Assembly: GCA_036488585.1 (NCBI GenBank)
Contig: DASXHH010000019.1
Coordinates: forward strand, 5,030-69,029
Length of the DNA stretch: 64,000 nucleotides
Direction of reading: 5' to 3'
Origin: Candidatus Saccharimonadia bacterium
GTDB taxonomy: Bacteria > Patescibacteriota > Saccharimonadia > UBA4664
The position numbers and the translations under genes are program-made. Every line of letters begins with the position of its first letter. Within the stretch, counting starts at the first letter, position 1. Below, piece by piece: positions 46,274 through 56,094 of the stretch. The notes under the pieces are model-generated. The model did not search any database and had not been told where the DNA came from. It worked only from the letters and a program-made list of their open reading frames with translations.

Positions 46274-47086
46274 CTACATCCCCAACACTACATACACAAA
46301 CCGTAGCTGCGACACCTGCAAATTGGTCGCCACCTGCGCCGTCTGAAACACCACGTTAGCCCGCGTGTTCACCGATTGCACCTCGCCTATCAGCAGCCCC
46401 GCCGGCACCAACCCGCCCAAGCCCGTCGTAGTTACGGTATCGCTCGGCTTCACGGTGTCAGTCTGGCCGATCTTGTCCAGTATCAACCCACTGCCCAGCT
46501 GTCCGCGCACGATCCCGGTTGCGCCGGTATCCTGGTCTTTAGCCGTTAATTTAAAGTCCGGATCCGTTACCAGCATGATACGCGCCGTGGTGTTCCCCGT
46601 ATCCGCAATAGTTCCGATCAATTCACCCCCGCTCAGCACGGCCATTCCTGCTTTAATGCCAGATCCCGCGCCCTTGTTAATGGTTACGAACTGCCGATAC
46701 GAATCCGGCTGAAACGCCACCACCTCTGCCGCCACCTGACGCGGCGCACCCGCCACCTCCAGTCCCAACTGCTGACGCAACAAATCATTGTCGCGACGCG
46801 TCTCGGCATCGGCGGCCAGCCGCTGGCGCAAATCGGCATTCTCTTGCTCCAGCCGCAGATTGTCCCTCGCCAAATCCTTCACCTTGCCCAGGTTGCCCAG
46901 TGCCTCGGCCGCCGTCGACCCCGTCGATGCCAAACCCGCACCTGCCGGCACCACCGAGTGCTCGTACGCCCACCGCAGCGGTCCCAGCTGGCCCAGCACT
47001 CCTGCCACCGCCAGGAGCATGCCAGCGCCCACCGTTATCCAAATACGACGATTAGCCTTGTCACCAAAGTTGACTCTGTCTGTCAT
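46274..47086 (-). CDS. mreC: Rod shape-determining protein MreC
   Basis: TM helix plus coiled-coil (DNLRLEQENADLRQRL) plus beta-rich domain. Lies between mreB and mreD. Confidence 0.8.
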   Translation of the reverse strand: MTDRVNFGDKANRRIWITVGAGMLLAVAGVLGQLGPLRWAYEHSVVPAGAGLASTGSTAAEALGNLGKVKDLARDNLRLEQENADLRQRLAADAETRRDNDLLRQQLGLEVAGAPRQVAAEVVAFQPDSYRQFVTINKGAGSGIKAGMAVLSGGELIGTIADTGNTTARIMLVTDPDFKLTAKDQDTGATGIVRGQLGSGLILDKIGQTDTVKPSDTVTTTGLGGLVPAGLLIGEVQSVNTRANVVFQTAQVATNLQVSQLRFVYVVLGM

Positions 47087-47143
47087 TACTCCCAGTCTAG
47101 CAAGACCACTTTTAAGATAAAACTCTTATTTCGCCCTTAAAGC

Positions 47144-48202
47144 CTAGCGCGGAATTTTCCCAAACTGTGTCGGTACGAGTATGTCCTTGAGCGCGTCGAT
47201 ATCCTCGAGCACCAAACCCGTTCCGCGCGCCACCGCCGTCAGTGGGTCCTCCGCCACATGCACTGGCATCTTGGTTTCCCTCGACAGCATCATGTCGAGC
47301 CCCTTTAACAATGCACCACCGCCTGCCAAGAAAATTCCGCGCTCCATAATATCTGCCACCAACTCCGGCGGTGTCTCCTCGATCGTAATCTTCACTGCCT
47401 CCACAATCTCACGCACACTCTTCGAGAGCGCCTGCCGCACCTGTTCCGGCGAGATCATGATCTCTTTCGGCAAACCCGTCACTAAATCGCGCCCGCGCAT
47501 CGGTACCTCTTTTAGACCGTTCATTGGGTACGCCGATCCGACCGCAATTTTGATATTCTCGGCTGTACGCTCCCCAATCTGCAGGTTAAATTGCTCGCGC
47601 GCGTATTGAATAATGTCGTCCGACAGCTCATCGCCCGCGATCCGCAAGCTTCGGCTCGCCACAATCCCGCCCAGCGAGATAATCGCCACCTCAGTCGTCC
47701 CGCCGCCAATATCAACGATCATCGAGCCCGCCGCGTCTTGAATCGGCAGCCGCGACCCAATCGCTGCCGCCATCGGCTCCTCGATCAAAAAAGTCTGGCG
47801 CGCGCCGGCGTTCGTAGCTGCATCTTCCACCGCCCGCTTCTCCACCTCGGTTACGCCACTCGGAATTCCCACCACCACCCGCGGCCGTGGAAAAATACTA
47901 TAGGTTTCGCGATGTACTTTATTAATAAAGTACTTAAGCATCTGCTCGGTCACTTCAAAGTCGCTCACCACGCCGTCCACCAACGGCCGCGTCGCCACAA
48001 TCGACGCTGGCGTCTTGCCCACCATCTTTTTAGCCTCATCCCCGATCGCTAGTACCTGTTTGGTCTTAACGTTCATGGCCACCACGCTCGGCTCGTTTAT
48101 CACAATTCCCTTGCCCCGCACATACACCAAAGTATTGGCCGTGCCGAGGTCAATTCCAATATCATGCGACAACAGTCCGAGTACTCGGTTAATCATGGGC
48201 AA
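47144..48202 (-). CDS. mreB: Rod shape-determining protein MreB (actin homolog)
   Basis: IGIDLGTANTLVYV... phosphate-1 motif. DIGGGTTEVAIISLGG phosphate-2 motif. Confidence 0.95.
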   Translation of the reverse strand: MPMINRVLGLLSHDIGIDLGTANTLVYVRGKGIVINEPSVVAMNVKTKQVLAIGDEAKKMVGKTPASIVATRPLVDGVVSDFEVTEQMLKYFINKVHRETYSIFPRPRVVVGIPSGVTEVEKRAVEDAATNAGARQTFLIEEPMAAAIGSRLPIQDAAGSMIVDIGGGTTEVAIISLGGIVASRSLRIAGDELSDDIIQYAREQFNLQIGERTAENIKIAVGSAYPMNGLKEVPMRGRDLVTGLPKEIMISPEQVRQALSKSVREIVEAVKITIEETPPELVADIMERGIFLAGGGALLKGLDMMLSRETKMPVHVAEDPLTAVARGTGLVLEDIDALKDILVPTQFGKIPR

Positions 48203-48353
48203 GCGCTAGTCACTCCACTCAGTCTAGCAGCCCGTATCTGAACCAGACAAGGCCCTTCCCGTTTTTGCATCAGTCATAATGCATCACCAAAACGGCCACC
48301 CTTCCTGTTAGCCTATATTCTTGTTAACTTCTAAACTAAACAAAAGGACTCCC

Positions 48354-49484
48354 ATGCCATCTACTGCTACCAATACCAATATTCTCACCGACCTGCTTAC
48401 GCATCTCGTCCGCTTCCCCACCGTCTCAGACGATAGCTCCACCAACCGCGCTGCCCTGGATTGGGTTGAGGAGCAGCTCTCTAGCCTACCACTAAAGATT
48501 CAGCGGCTCGAAAACCATGGCACCCCAGCCCTAATCGCCACCACGCCAGCCGCCCGCAATCCCAAATCCCCCAAGTTATGGCTCCTAGCCCACATGGATG
48601 TAGTCGGCGGCGAGCCCAGCGACTTTGTAGCCAGCGTGCGTAACGGTCGCCTGCACGGACGCGGCACCCATGATATGAAATTTGCTATCGCCTGCTTCAT
48701 TGCATTGCTCCAAGAGCTCGGCTCAAACCTCAAGCACTATGACCTGGGACTTATGATTACCACCGACGAAGAAATCGGCGGCACGCACGGCGCCCGCTGG
48801 CTCGTGCAAGACCTTGGCTACCGCGGAGAGGCCGTCTTTGTTCCCGATTCCAGCACTCCCTGGAAAATGGAGGTCAGCGCCAAGGGCATCGCCAGGCTCG
48901 AACTCACCGCCACTGGTCAAGCCGCCCACGCTAGCCGCCCCTGGCAGGGCGTAAATGCCATCGACGAACTCATGCGCTTCGCAGACCACCTGCGCACCTT
49001 CGTTCCTGCAGAACCTTGCGGCGATCCTCATCACTACCATTCCACCATTAACCTCTCCATGATCTCCGGAGGAGTGGCCGTCAACCAAGTACCCGGCACC
49101 GCCAAGGCTCAAGTCGACATCCGCTTCACCCCCAAGACCTCCATCGATGACATCAACTCCTGGATCATCGAATCCCAAGCCGCCGTCCCCTCGGTGAGTG
49201 CCAGTGTAATCAACACTTCCGCTCCCTGCCAAATCCCCGCCAATGCCGCTGGTGAACTCTACAAAGCTCTCGCTCTCGAGGTCGCAGACGTTGAGGTTAC
49301 CGACCATCATGCACATGGCGGCTCCGACGCCCGCTGGTTTGCCTGGAAAGGCATTCCCATCGTCAACGTAGGAGTCACTGGCAGTGGCTACCATACCTCG
49401 CCCGAGTGGGTTGATCTGGCCGACTTAGCCCGCTACTATGAGGTCTTTCGTCGCTTTGTGAACGATTGGACCCGTGTGGAGTGA
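48354..49484 (+). CDS. M20-family metallopeptidase (ArgE/DapE-like)
   Basis: AHMDVV...GRGTHDMK...TTDEEIGG metal-binding motifs. Start taken at ATG 48354 after AAAAGGA. The ORF track opens at 48321. Confidence 0.75.
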   Translation: MPSTATNTNILTDLLTHLVRFPTVSDDSSTNRAALDWVEEQLSSLPLKIQRLENHGTPALIATTPAARNPKSPKLWLLAHMDVVGGEPSDFVASVRNGRLHGRGTHDMKFAIACFIALLQELGSNLKHYDLGLMITTDEEIGGTHGARWLVQDLGYRGEAVFVPDSSTPWKMEVSAKGIARLELTATGQAAHASRPWQGVNAIDELMRFADHLRTFVPAEPCGDPHHYHSTINLSMISGGVAVNQVPGTAKAQVDIRFTPKTSIDDINSWIIESQAAVPSVSASVINTSAPCQIPANAAGELYKALALEVADVEVTDHHAHGGSDARWFAWKGIPIVNVGVTGSGYHTSPEWVDLADLARYYEVFRRFVNDWTRVE

Positions 49485-50500
49485 TGAAGCGCTATGTACT
49501 AGTCGCCCTAGTACTATTGGCCGCCTTTGCTGTCTTCACCGCCATAAACCACCCCCATCCCGCCGTTCCACCGGTCCGTACCACTACCCCCACAGCTTCC
49601 ACCAGCAGCCCAGCCGGCGATCTCGCCATCACCGCCATCCGCGCCCATCCACTCACGCCCGGCGCCATCACGGTCGAGCAACAGCTCGCCCCTCGCAGCG
49701 GCTGTGCCACCGCCGTGGTGTCGTACCATTCCGACGGTTATAAAATTTTCGCCCTCGAAACCCGCCCGCCCACTCCCCCACCCGCTGGTGGCTACCCCGT
49801 GCTCATCCTGGCCCACGGCTATATTGATCCCACCCAATATCAAACCACTGGCACCGACTACGCTAGCTTCATCGCCGCCTACTGCGCCCAAGGCTATCTC
49901 GTACTCAAACCCGATTACCGCGGCAACGGCCACTCCGAAGGCATTGCGGTAGGCGGTCACTTTTCGCCCGCTTACACCTACGATATCCTCAACCTGGCTG
50001 CTTCCCTACGCTCGCTCCCCCAAGCCGATTCCAACCGCATCGCCTTACTCGGCCACAGCATGGGTGGCCACGTAGTGCTGCGAGCCCTGGTTGCTACCCA
50101 CGGCCTGCCCATTAAGGCCGCCGTTTTTGCCTCGGGCGTGGTTGGCTCGCTCCAAGACATCGCCTACCATTGGCCTAGCCCCGTTCCCTCAGACATTCCG
50201 CCCGTCCGCGACCAGGTGATCGCCCAGCATGGCAGCCCCCAGCAAGACCCGACCTTCTGGCACGACGCCTCCGCCATTAACTACGTCTCCGCCGTCCCTT
50301 GCCCAGTCCAAATCAACCACGGCTCGGCCGATACCGTCGTGCCGCTCGCCTTCTCACAGCATCTCGATACTGCCCTAAGCGCCGCCCACATCCCTCATGA
50401 ATTCCACATTTATCCTGGCGGCGACCACCAATACACCGACCCCACCATCCGACAACAATTTCTCAAGAATTCTCTTAACTTCCTGCAAGCCCATCTTTAA
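49484..50500 (+). CDS. Alpha/beta-hydrolase (S9 / dienelactone-hydrolase-like) with N-terminal TM/signal
   Basis: GHSMGG nucleophile elbow. HGSADTVVP. The start overlaps the upstream stop (TGATG). Confidence 0.7.
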   Translation: MKRYVLVALVLLAAFAVFTAINHPHPAVPPVRTTTPTASTSSPAGDLAITAIRAHPLTPGAITVEQQLAPRSGCATAVVSYHSDGYKIFALETRPPTPPPAGGYPVLILAHGYIDPTQYQTTGTDYASFIAAYCAQGYLVLKPDYRGNGHSEGIAVGGHFSPAYTYDILNLAASLRSLPQADSNRIALLGHSMGGHVVLRALVATHGLPIKAAVFASGVVGSLQDIAYHWPSPVPSDIPPVRDQVIAQHGSPQQDPTFWHDASAINYVSAVPCPVQINHGSADTVVPLAFSQHLDTALSAAHIPHEFHIYPGGDHQYTDPTIRQQFLKNSLNFLQAHL

Positions 50501-50516
50501 ACAAGCTCACATCTAA

Positions 50517-50545
50517 TTGCCTTAAGCGTCATACCATGGTATAAA
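50517..50545 (+). promoter_or_regulatory. Promoter TTGCCT-N17-TATAAA with embedded 10 bp perfect palindrome TACCATGGTA (candidate operator)
   Basis: TTGCCT at 50517-22. TATAAA at 50540-45. Palindrome at 50532-50541 spans the spacer/-10 junction. GGAG SD further downstream. Confidence 0.45.
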
Positions 50546-50589
50546 GTGACGGTGCTTTGCACGTTACTCGACAGATAGGAGCACCCAGA

Positions 50590-51327
50590 ATGTCGCTTCT
50601 AAGCCAGTTCGGGGGCGGCGCTTTGGTCGGCTCCCTCTTCAAGTTCCTGCTTCTGCCGGCAGCTGTCATCTCGACAGTCTTCAAGAGCTACGACTTCGTT
50701 AGCCAAAGTGAGCTTGCGCTCAAGTATCGCTGCGGCCGGGTCGTTCGCAAATTTGAGCGGCTCGAAGGCAGGCGGTGGCGCCTCAAGCCCCGTGAGGAGC
50801 GTACGCCCAAACTCGTTAGGCCGGGCTTTCGGCTGTTGATACCTTACGCGGACAAGCTCTGCAAGATCGACATCCGGCGGCGCACCCACGAATTGAAGCC
50901 CATGACACGCGAGGTCAAAGAGAACTACTGGCAGCTCATCGAAACCACCCTAGTCTTTCGGGTAATCTGTACCCCCAAGGGTGTCTACGACGCCATCTTG
51001 ACGGCCGAGCAGCTCGAATTCCTGGTCGGACAACGGTGCCGAGCCTACCTGCGCACCCTGACCAACAACGTCAAGGTGTCCCTCGAGTCTTACGAGGACC
51101 TGGTGCTCACCAACATGGGTCCAGAGGTCGAAGAACTGGGCATCATACTAGTGGAGTTCCAAGTCAACTCCAACAACGTCACCGAGGCCACCCAGCTCGG
51201 TCAGGCCCTAGCAGCTCACGGCCCTTCAGCCCTCGCGCTGGCTGCCCTGACCAACGGCCACCACGGCAACGGACACAACGGCAACGGACACAACGCTACC
51301 CCGCTGACGGACATAGTTACCGAGTAA
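50590..51327 (+). CDS. SPFH/band-7 (stomatin/prohibitin-like) domain protein with His/Gly/Asn-repeat C-terminus
   Basis: N-terminal hydrophobic segment. SPFH-like pattern ...KIDIRRRTHELKPMTREVKENYWQLIETTLVFRVI... C-terminal GHHGNGHNGNGHN. Confidence 0.5.
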   Translation: MSLLSQFGGGALVGSLFKFLLLPAAVISTVFKSYDFVSQSELALKYRCGRVVRKFERLEGRRWRLKPREERTPKLVRPGFRLLIPYADKLCKIDIRRRTHELKPMTREVKENYWQLIETTLVFRVICTPKGVYDAILTAEQLEFLVGQRCRAYLRTLTNNVKVSLESYEDLVLTNMGPEVEELGIILVEFQVNSNNVTEATQLGQALAAHGPSALALAALTNGHHGNGHNGNGHNATPLTDIVTE

Positions 51328-51432
51328 CAGCCCCAACCAATCACTTCACCACAGGCATGTGCTCGGCCCGTCCAGGGCCGACAAAGGCCCCGACGCCATA
51401 CCAGGCGTCGGGGCTTCCGCATTTTTCGGAGC

Positions 51433-52680
51433 TCATTTGAGCTTAGCGGTCACCTCACCCAGCTTCACCAAATGCGCCTCGGCCGCCGTCCGCGCCTTCC
51501 ATTCGACCGAGCCCTCAGCCACCGTCTTCTTGCTCACCGTTAACCGCACCGGCACACCGATTAAGTCGGCATCGGCAAACTTAGCGCCCGCTGACTCGTC
51601 GCGGTCGTCATACAACACCTCCACGCCCGAAGCACCTAGATCGTCATACAGCTTATCCGCCGCCTTCACCACTGCCTCGTCATTACCCAACCGCACCATG
51701 TGCACACTGTACGGCGCCACCTTCTCGGGCCACACCAGGCCCTTCTCGTCCGCATACCGCTCCACAATCACGCCCATCACCCGAGCCGGGCCAATGCCGT
51801 AAGAGCCCATTACTACCGACCTCGCCACGCCGTCCTCATCCGTAAACTGCAGCCCCAACGGCTCACTCTTACTCGTGCCGAGGTTAAAGATATTGCCCAC
51901 CTCAGCCGCCTTGGCCTCCTCCAGCTCCGACCGCTTCACTCCCACTAGCTCCAACACCTCCTCGGTCATCACCTCCTGGTTGATCGCTATCTTGCGCTTA
52001 TGGTCAATATAAATCGTATCCTCGCCAGCCTCCGTCAGCGTCTGGAACTCGTGGCTAAACTGAGCAAATGCCCCACCCGATGCAAACGTCAGATACGTCC
52101 ACTCGCCCAATCCCAGCCGCTCAAAGATTCGCGTGTACACAGCCTGCGCCCGCTTATAAAACTCTTCGTGCTCAGACTCATCGCGCGAAAACGAATACAT
52201 ATCCTTCATTATGAACTCGCGCGTCCTCATAATCCCGCTCTTGGCCCGCGTTTCGTTACGCAGCTTGTTCTGAAATTGGTATACCCCACGCGGCAAATCT
52301 CGATAGCTCGACACAAATTCCCGCATCATTTCGGTCATCTGCTCCTCATGGCTCCAACCCAACCCCACTTCGGTACCGTTCTTCAGTTTAGTCTTAAACC
52401 ACACGTCCACCTGCTCGTCGTCCCAGCGGTTGGTCTGTTCCCACAGCTCGCGCCGCTGGAGGCTACTCATCAGCACCTCCTGCGCCCCAAGGCCATCCAT
52501 CTCCTCCCGAATGATACCAATAATTTTGTTCAGCACCCTAAGACCCAACGGCAACATGGCGTACACCCCAGCCGCATCTTTATAAATAAATCCTGCCCGA
52601 ATCAATAATTGCGCGTTCTTCGCTGCCTCATCCTTCGGCGCGTCTTTGCGTGTTTTACTAGCCAGTTGTGACATCCGCAT
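51433..52680 (-). CDS. proS: Proline--tRNA ligase (bacterial type without the INS editing domain)
   Basis: MRMSQLASKTRKDAPKDEAAKNAQLLIRAGFI N-terminus. Class II motifs. C-terminal anticodon-binding domain (...YGIGPARVMGVIVE...). GGAGA SD 8 nt before the chosen ATG. Confidence 0.85.
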   Translation of the reverse strand: MRMSQLASKTRKDAPKDEAAKNAQLLIRAGFIYKDAAGVYAMLPLGLRVLNKIIGIIREEMDGLGAQEVLMSSLQRRELWEQTNRWDDEQVDVWFKTKLKNGTEVGLGWSHEEQMTEMMREFVSSYRDLPRGVYQFQNKLRNETRAKSGIMRTREFIMKDMYSFSRDESEHEEFYKRAQAVYTRIFERLGLGEWTYLTFASGGAFAQFSHEFQTLTEAGEDTIYIDHKRKIAINQEVMTEEVLELVGVKRSELEEAKAAEVGNIFNLGTSKSEPLGLQFTDEDGVARSVVMGSYGIGPARVMGVIVERYADEKGLVWPEKVAPYSVHMVRLGNDEAVVKAADKLYDDLGASGVEVLYDDRDESAGAKFADADLIGVPVRLTVSKKTVAEGSVEWKARTAAEAHLVKLGEVTAKLK

Positions 52681-52695
52681 AATGTTTATCTCCAT

Positions 52696-52882
52696 TAAAA
52701 AATCGCTCCCACCAAACGCAAAAAACGTTTGGCAAGAACGAGGTGTCTCGTGGTACCATCTTGCCTTCGTCTCGCCCAGGGGCGAGGCCTTAATTTCCCG
52801 TATTACGGCGGGTCCCGGCTCGGCTCATCACCGGCAGCTCCAGGGCGGGGTACCCCTTCGTCGCTTTGCGGCTACGTTAACA
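52696..52882 (-). promoter_or_regulatory. Structured GC-rich proS leader region with T-box-like UGGUACC motif (tentative)
   Basis: Minus-strand RNA contains ...AGAUGGUACCACGAG... (plus 52745-52760), 10 of 13 matching the T-box core GGGUGGUACCGCG. It is flanked by stem GGCAAGA/UCUUGCC, then hairpin CCAAACG-UUUUUUG-CGUUUGG and a U-run. Confidence 0.3.
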
Positions 52883-53653
52883 TCATTTCCCACTCAGCGC
52901 AATGAAGGCCAAGTAGTTATTCAGCATGTGTAGCGCCATCCCTGGGAAAATACTCTTGAGCTTCAGGTACATGTAACACAGCATCAATCCCAAGACAAAA
53001 GTATAAATGCTGATGTTGGCCTGCGCGTGCGCGATCCCAAACACCGCTGACGACACCACCGCACCCCAGACCGGGCCCCATTTCTTAGCCAGCGCCGGGA
53101 ACAAAAATCCCCGGAAAATCGTCTCTTCTAGCACCGGCGGCAGTAGCACCAATGCCACCAGCGCCAGGCTTTGGTGGGTATGGGCGGCCCCAACAAAGTC
53201 ATTTTGCTGAGCCTGGTTGGGGTTAAAACTCGGCACCAGCACACTCACCAAATCTAGCGCGATATTCGATAGCACGATAAACGCCACTAAGATCAACCCC
53301 AAATACGCCAGGGCCCGCACTACATTCACGCGCCGCCAGCCCACCGCCGACCAGCCTACCCGATACCGCCTCAGATATAGTGCCACCAAGCCAAAGCCTA
53401 CCGCTGCATCCAGCAAATCCAGCGCAAAGCTAGCCCCGATATCACCTTTAGTAGCCAGGTCCACGAAATGCGCTGCCGGCGACCACACCGGTCCCAGCAA
53501 CGACAGCGCCAACATTACCACCACCTGAATGCCAAACCAAGCCGCCACAAACACCACCAGATCGCGCACCGTCCACGGCACATTGAGATGCTCCGGCAAC
53601 GTTCGGTCCCGTTTCCGCTTCTCCTTCCGCTTCCGCCACCAGGCGCTAAACAT
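52883..53653 (-). CDS. CPBP-family (CAAX/Abi) intramembrane metalloprotease
   Basis: EETIFRGFLF motif 1. FGIAH motif. Confidence 0.75.
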   Translation of the reverse strand: MFSAWWRKRKEKRKRDRTLPEHLNVPWTVRDLVVFVAAWFGIQVVVMLALSLLGPVWSPAAHFVDLATKGDIGASFALDLLDAAVGFGLVALYLRRYRVGWSAVGWRRVNVVRALAYLGLILVAFIVLSNIALDLVSVLVPSFNPNQAQQNDFVGAAHTHQSLALVALVLLPPVLEETIFRGFLFPALAKKWGPVWGAVVSSAVFGIAHAQANISIYTFVLGLMLCYMYLKLKSIFPGMALHMLNNYLAFIALSGK

Positions 53654-54762
53654 TAGAGGAATTTCCTCAAATCGTACACGCTAATAACGAGCATCAGCGC
53701 AATCAGCGCCATAAACCCAATGGCGTGAATTTTGGCCTCCGTATCGGGGCTGATCCGCCGCTTCGTCACCTGCTGTACCGCAATAATCGCCAGCCGCCCA
53801 CCGTCCAACGCCGGCAGCGGCAGCACATTGAAGGCCGCCAGCGCTACCGCAATGTTAGCCATAAACAGGAAGATATAGGCGTAACCCAACGCCGAAATAC
53901 TCTTAAGAATAAATACTATGCCAAGCGGCCCCGACGCCGCCTGCGCCGCCTGTGGCACCGAGCTTGAGAACAGCCCTACCAGCAGTACCGGTATGTTCAC
54001 AATCAGCTGCACCACTCCCACGATCGTCGCCACAAACAGCGCCCCTGCAATCCATACCGCCGCCGCCAGGGCCGAAAATGGATCGTATCGCAGCTTATAC
54101 ACCTGCTGACTTACCACACCCAAATAGCCATCCGAAGCATTCGGCCCCCGCAGTTTCACGCTTACATCGCGCTCGTCACCATTAGACCGCACGTGTAGCG
54201 TCACCTGACGCCCGGCGTTGTCCTTGGTGAATTTGCGCAAGTCCTCGTCGGTCACCAACTGCTGACCACCCGCCCGCAGCACGTAGTCACCACGCTTAAG
54301 TCCGGCATTGGCCGCCGGCGAGCCGGCCACCACCTCCGCTAAAATCAACTGCTTCGGCTGGGCATAACTGGCGTGCACGAACTTTGGCTCAAACCCCGCA
54401 CCCAGCCCTGGCAATCCCGTTAGACACAACACGTACAAAATCACCACCGCCGTCAACAGGTTCATACCCACGCCTGCCAGCAAGATCTTAGCCTTCACGC
54501 CGAAGCTGGCTGCGCCAAATGTACCCGGCCGCTCATCGGCCGTGTCCTCGCCCTTCAAGCGTACAAATCCGCCCAGCATCAGCCAGTTCACGGTGTACAG
54601 CGTGCCCTTCACCTTGCGCCCCCACACTTTCGGCGGAAACCCGATGCCAAATTCCTCTACCTCCACTCCCGACCGCTTAGCGGCATAGAAGTGGCCCCAC
54701 TCGTGCAGAATCACGAGTGATGCAAACAGTAAAATAATTACAATCGCGATCATCATTACCAA
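53653..54762 (-). CDS. rseP: RseP-like site-2 protease (M50 zinc metalloprotease with PDZ)
   Basis: HEWGH zinc motif in the first TM helix. PDZ insert. LDGG motif near the C-terminus. Confidence 0.85.
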   Translation of the reverse strand: MVMMIAIVIILLFASLVILHEWGHFYAAKRSGVEVEEFGIGFPPKVWGRKVKGTLYTVNWLMLGGFVRLKGEDTADERPGTFGAASFGVKAKILLAGVGMNLLTAVVILYVLCLTGLPGLGAGFEPKFVHASYAQPKQLILAEVVAGSPAANAGLKRGDYVLRAGGQQLVTDEDLRKFTKDNAGRQVTLHVRSNGDERDVSVKLRGPNASDGYLGVVSQQVYKLRYDPFSALAAAVWIAGALFVATIVGVVQLIVNIPVLLVGLFSSSVPQAAQAASGPLGIVFILKSISALGYAYIFLFMANIAVALAAFNVLPLPALDGGRLAIIAVQQVTKRRISPDTEAKIHAIGFMALIALMLVISVYDLRKFL

Positions 54763-54793
54763 TATTCTACCGAAACTGTTTCTCAGTTATAAG

Positions 54794-55486
54794 TTAATTT
54801 CCAAACCGCCTATGACGATTGGTATATTCGGCCAGCGCTGCATCTAATTCCTCGACCGTAAAATCTGGCCAATGCTTCTTCACGAAATACAATTCCGCGT
54901 ATGCGATCCGCCACAGCATAAAACCACTCACCCGCTGCTCACCCGACGTGCGCACTACCATATCCACCGGCGGTATATCCGACGCGTACAGATGCTTCTC
55001 GATCATACCCGGATCCACCTGGTCAGCCGTTACGCCGGCTCGCATCAGCGACCGGTAGGCGTCAGCTAGCTCAGCCCGGCCGCCGTAATTTAAACACAGC
55101 CCCAGGGTACCGTGCTTGTTGCCCCTGGTGCGCTCTTCGGTATCGTCAATCGCCTTCACCAGCCGCTTCGACAACCCATCACGTGAACCCAGCAACCGAA
55201 ATCGTACTCCGCGTTTTTCTAGGTCACCAAATTCATTTATCAGCAAGCCGTACCACAGGTCCATCAAATATCCGACCTCTTCCTGGGCCCGCTGCCAGTT
55301 TTCCGTGGAAAACCCGAAGATCGTAAAATACCTAATCCCCCTGTCGAAGGCGGCTATAGCCATCTTCTTGGCCACGTCGACACCCCGCCGGTGCCCCTCA
55401 AGGGCTGGTAAGTTTCTAGACCGAGCCCACCGCCGGTTACCATCCGGAATAACTCCTAAATGCACCGGTACGGTCACGAAACTCAC
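54794..55486 (-). CDS. uppS: Isoprenyl transferase (undecaprenyl-diphosphate synthase)
   Basis: HLGVIPDGNRRWA ... FSTENWQR are UPPS signatures. Confidence 0.9.
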   Translation of the reverse strand: MSFVTVPVHLGVIPDGNRRWARSRNLPALEGHRRGVDVAKKMAIAAFDRGIRYFTIFGFSTENWQRAQEEVGYLMDLWYGLLINEFGDLEKRGVRFRLLGSRDGLSKRLVKAIDDTEERTRGNKHGTLGLCLNYGGRAELADAYRSLMRAGVTADQVDPGMIEKHLYASDIPPVDMVVRTSGEQRVSGFMLWRIAYAELYFVKKHWPDFTVEELDAALAEYTNRHRRFGN

Positions 55487-55489
55487 GGA

Positions 55490-56050
55490 TCAAACTTCCA
55501 TGACTTCTTTAGTTTTAGCAGCTTCCAGCTCGTCGATGCGCTTCTGGTACTGATCGATTTTCTTGTTTAACTCTGTTTCGGCAAACTTTACGTCGTCTTG
55601 AGTGGCTTCTTTGGATTTCTCCATCCTCTTAACCTCGTTCAAGACCTCGTGACGAATATTGCGCAGCGTAATCCGGCACTCCTCCACTTTGCCACCCAGG
55701 CTTTTTACCACCTCACGGCGACGCTCCTCAGTCATGGGCGGGATGTTCATGCGCACCACGTTGCCATCGCTTGAGGGGTTTAGCCCCAGCGTCTGGTTAT
55801 CGCGGATAGCCTTCTCGATCGGGCCAATCATGCTCTTGTCCCACGGCGCCACCGCCAAACTTCGACCGTCCGGTGCGCTCACCGACGCTACCGCCTTCAG
55901 AGACTGCGGCGTGCCATAAGCCTCCACCGTTACGCCATCCAGCATGCTCACAGAAGCCCGACCAGTGCGCAACGTCTTCAGCTCCTCGCTAAAGTGCTGG
56001 ATAGCCTTTTCCATTTTGGGACCGGCTGCGTCTACTAACGTTCTTACCAT
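55490..56050 (-). CDS. frr: Ribosome recycling factor
   Basis: ...LKTLRTGRASVSMLDGVTVEAYG... Classic Frr. Confidence 0.9.
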   Translation of the reverse strand: MVRTLVDAAGPKMEKAIQHFSEELKTLRTGRASVSMLDGVTVEAYGTPQSLKAVASVSAPDGRSLAVAPWDKSMIGPIEKAIRDNQTLGLNPSSDGNVVRMNIPPMTEERRREVVKSLGGKVEECRITLRNIRHEVLNEVKRMEKSKEATQDDVKFAETELNKKIDQYQKRIDELEAAKTKEVMEV

Positions 56051-56094
56051 GTGCCCTCGTTTGTTATAGCTCTATTCTATGCCCAACTTGAGGC

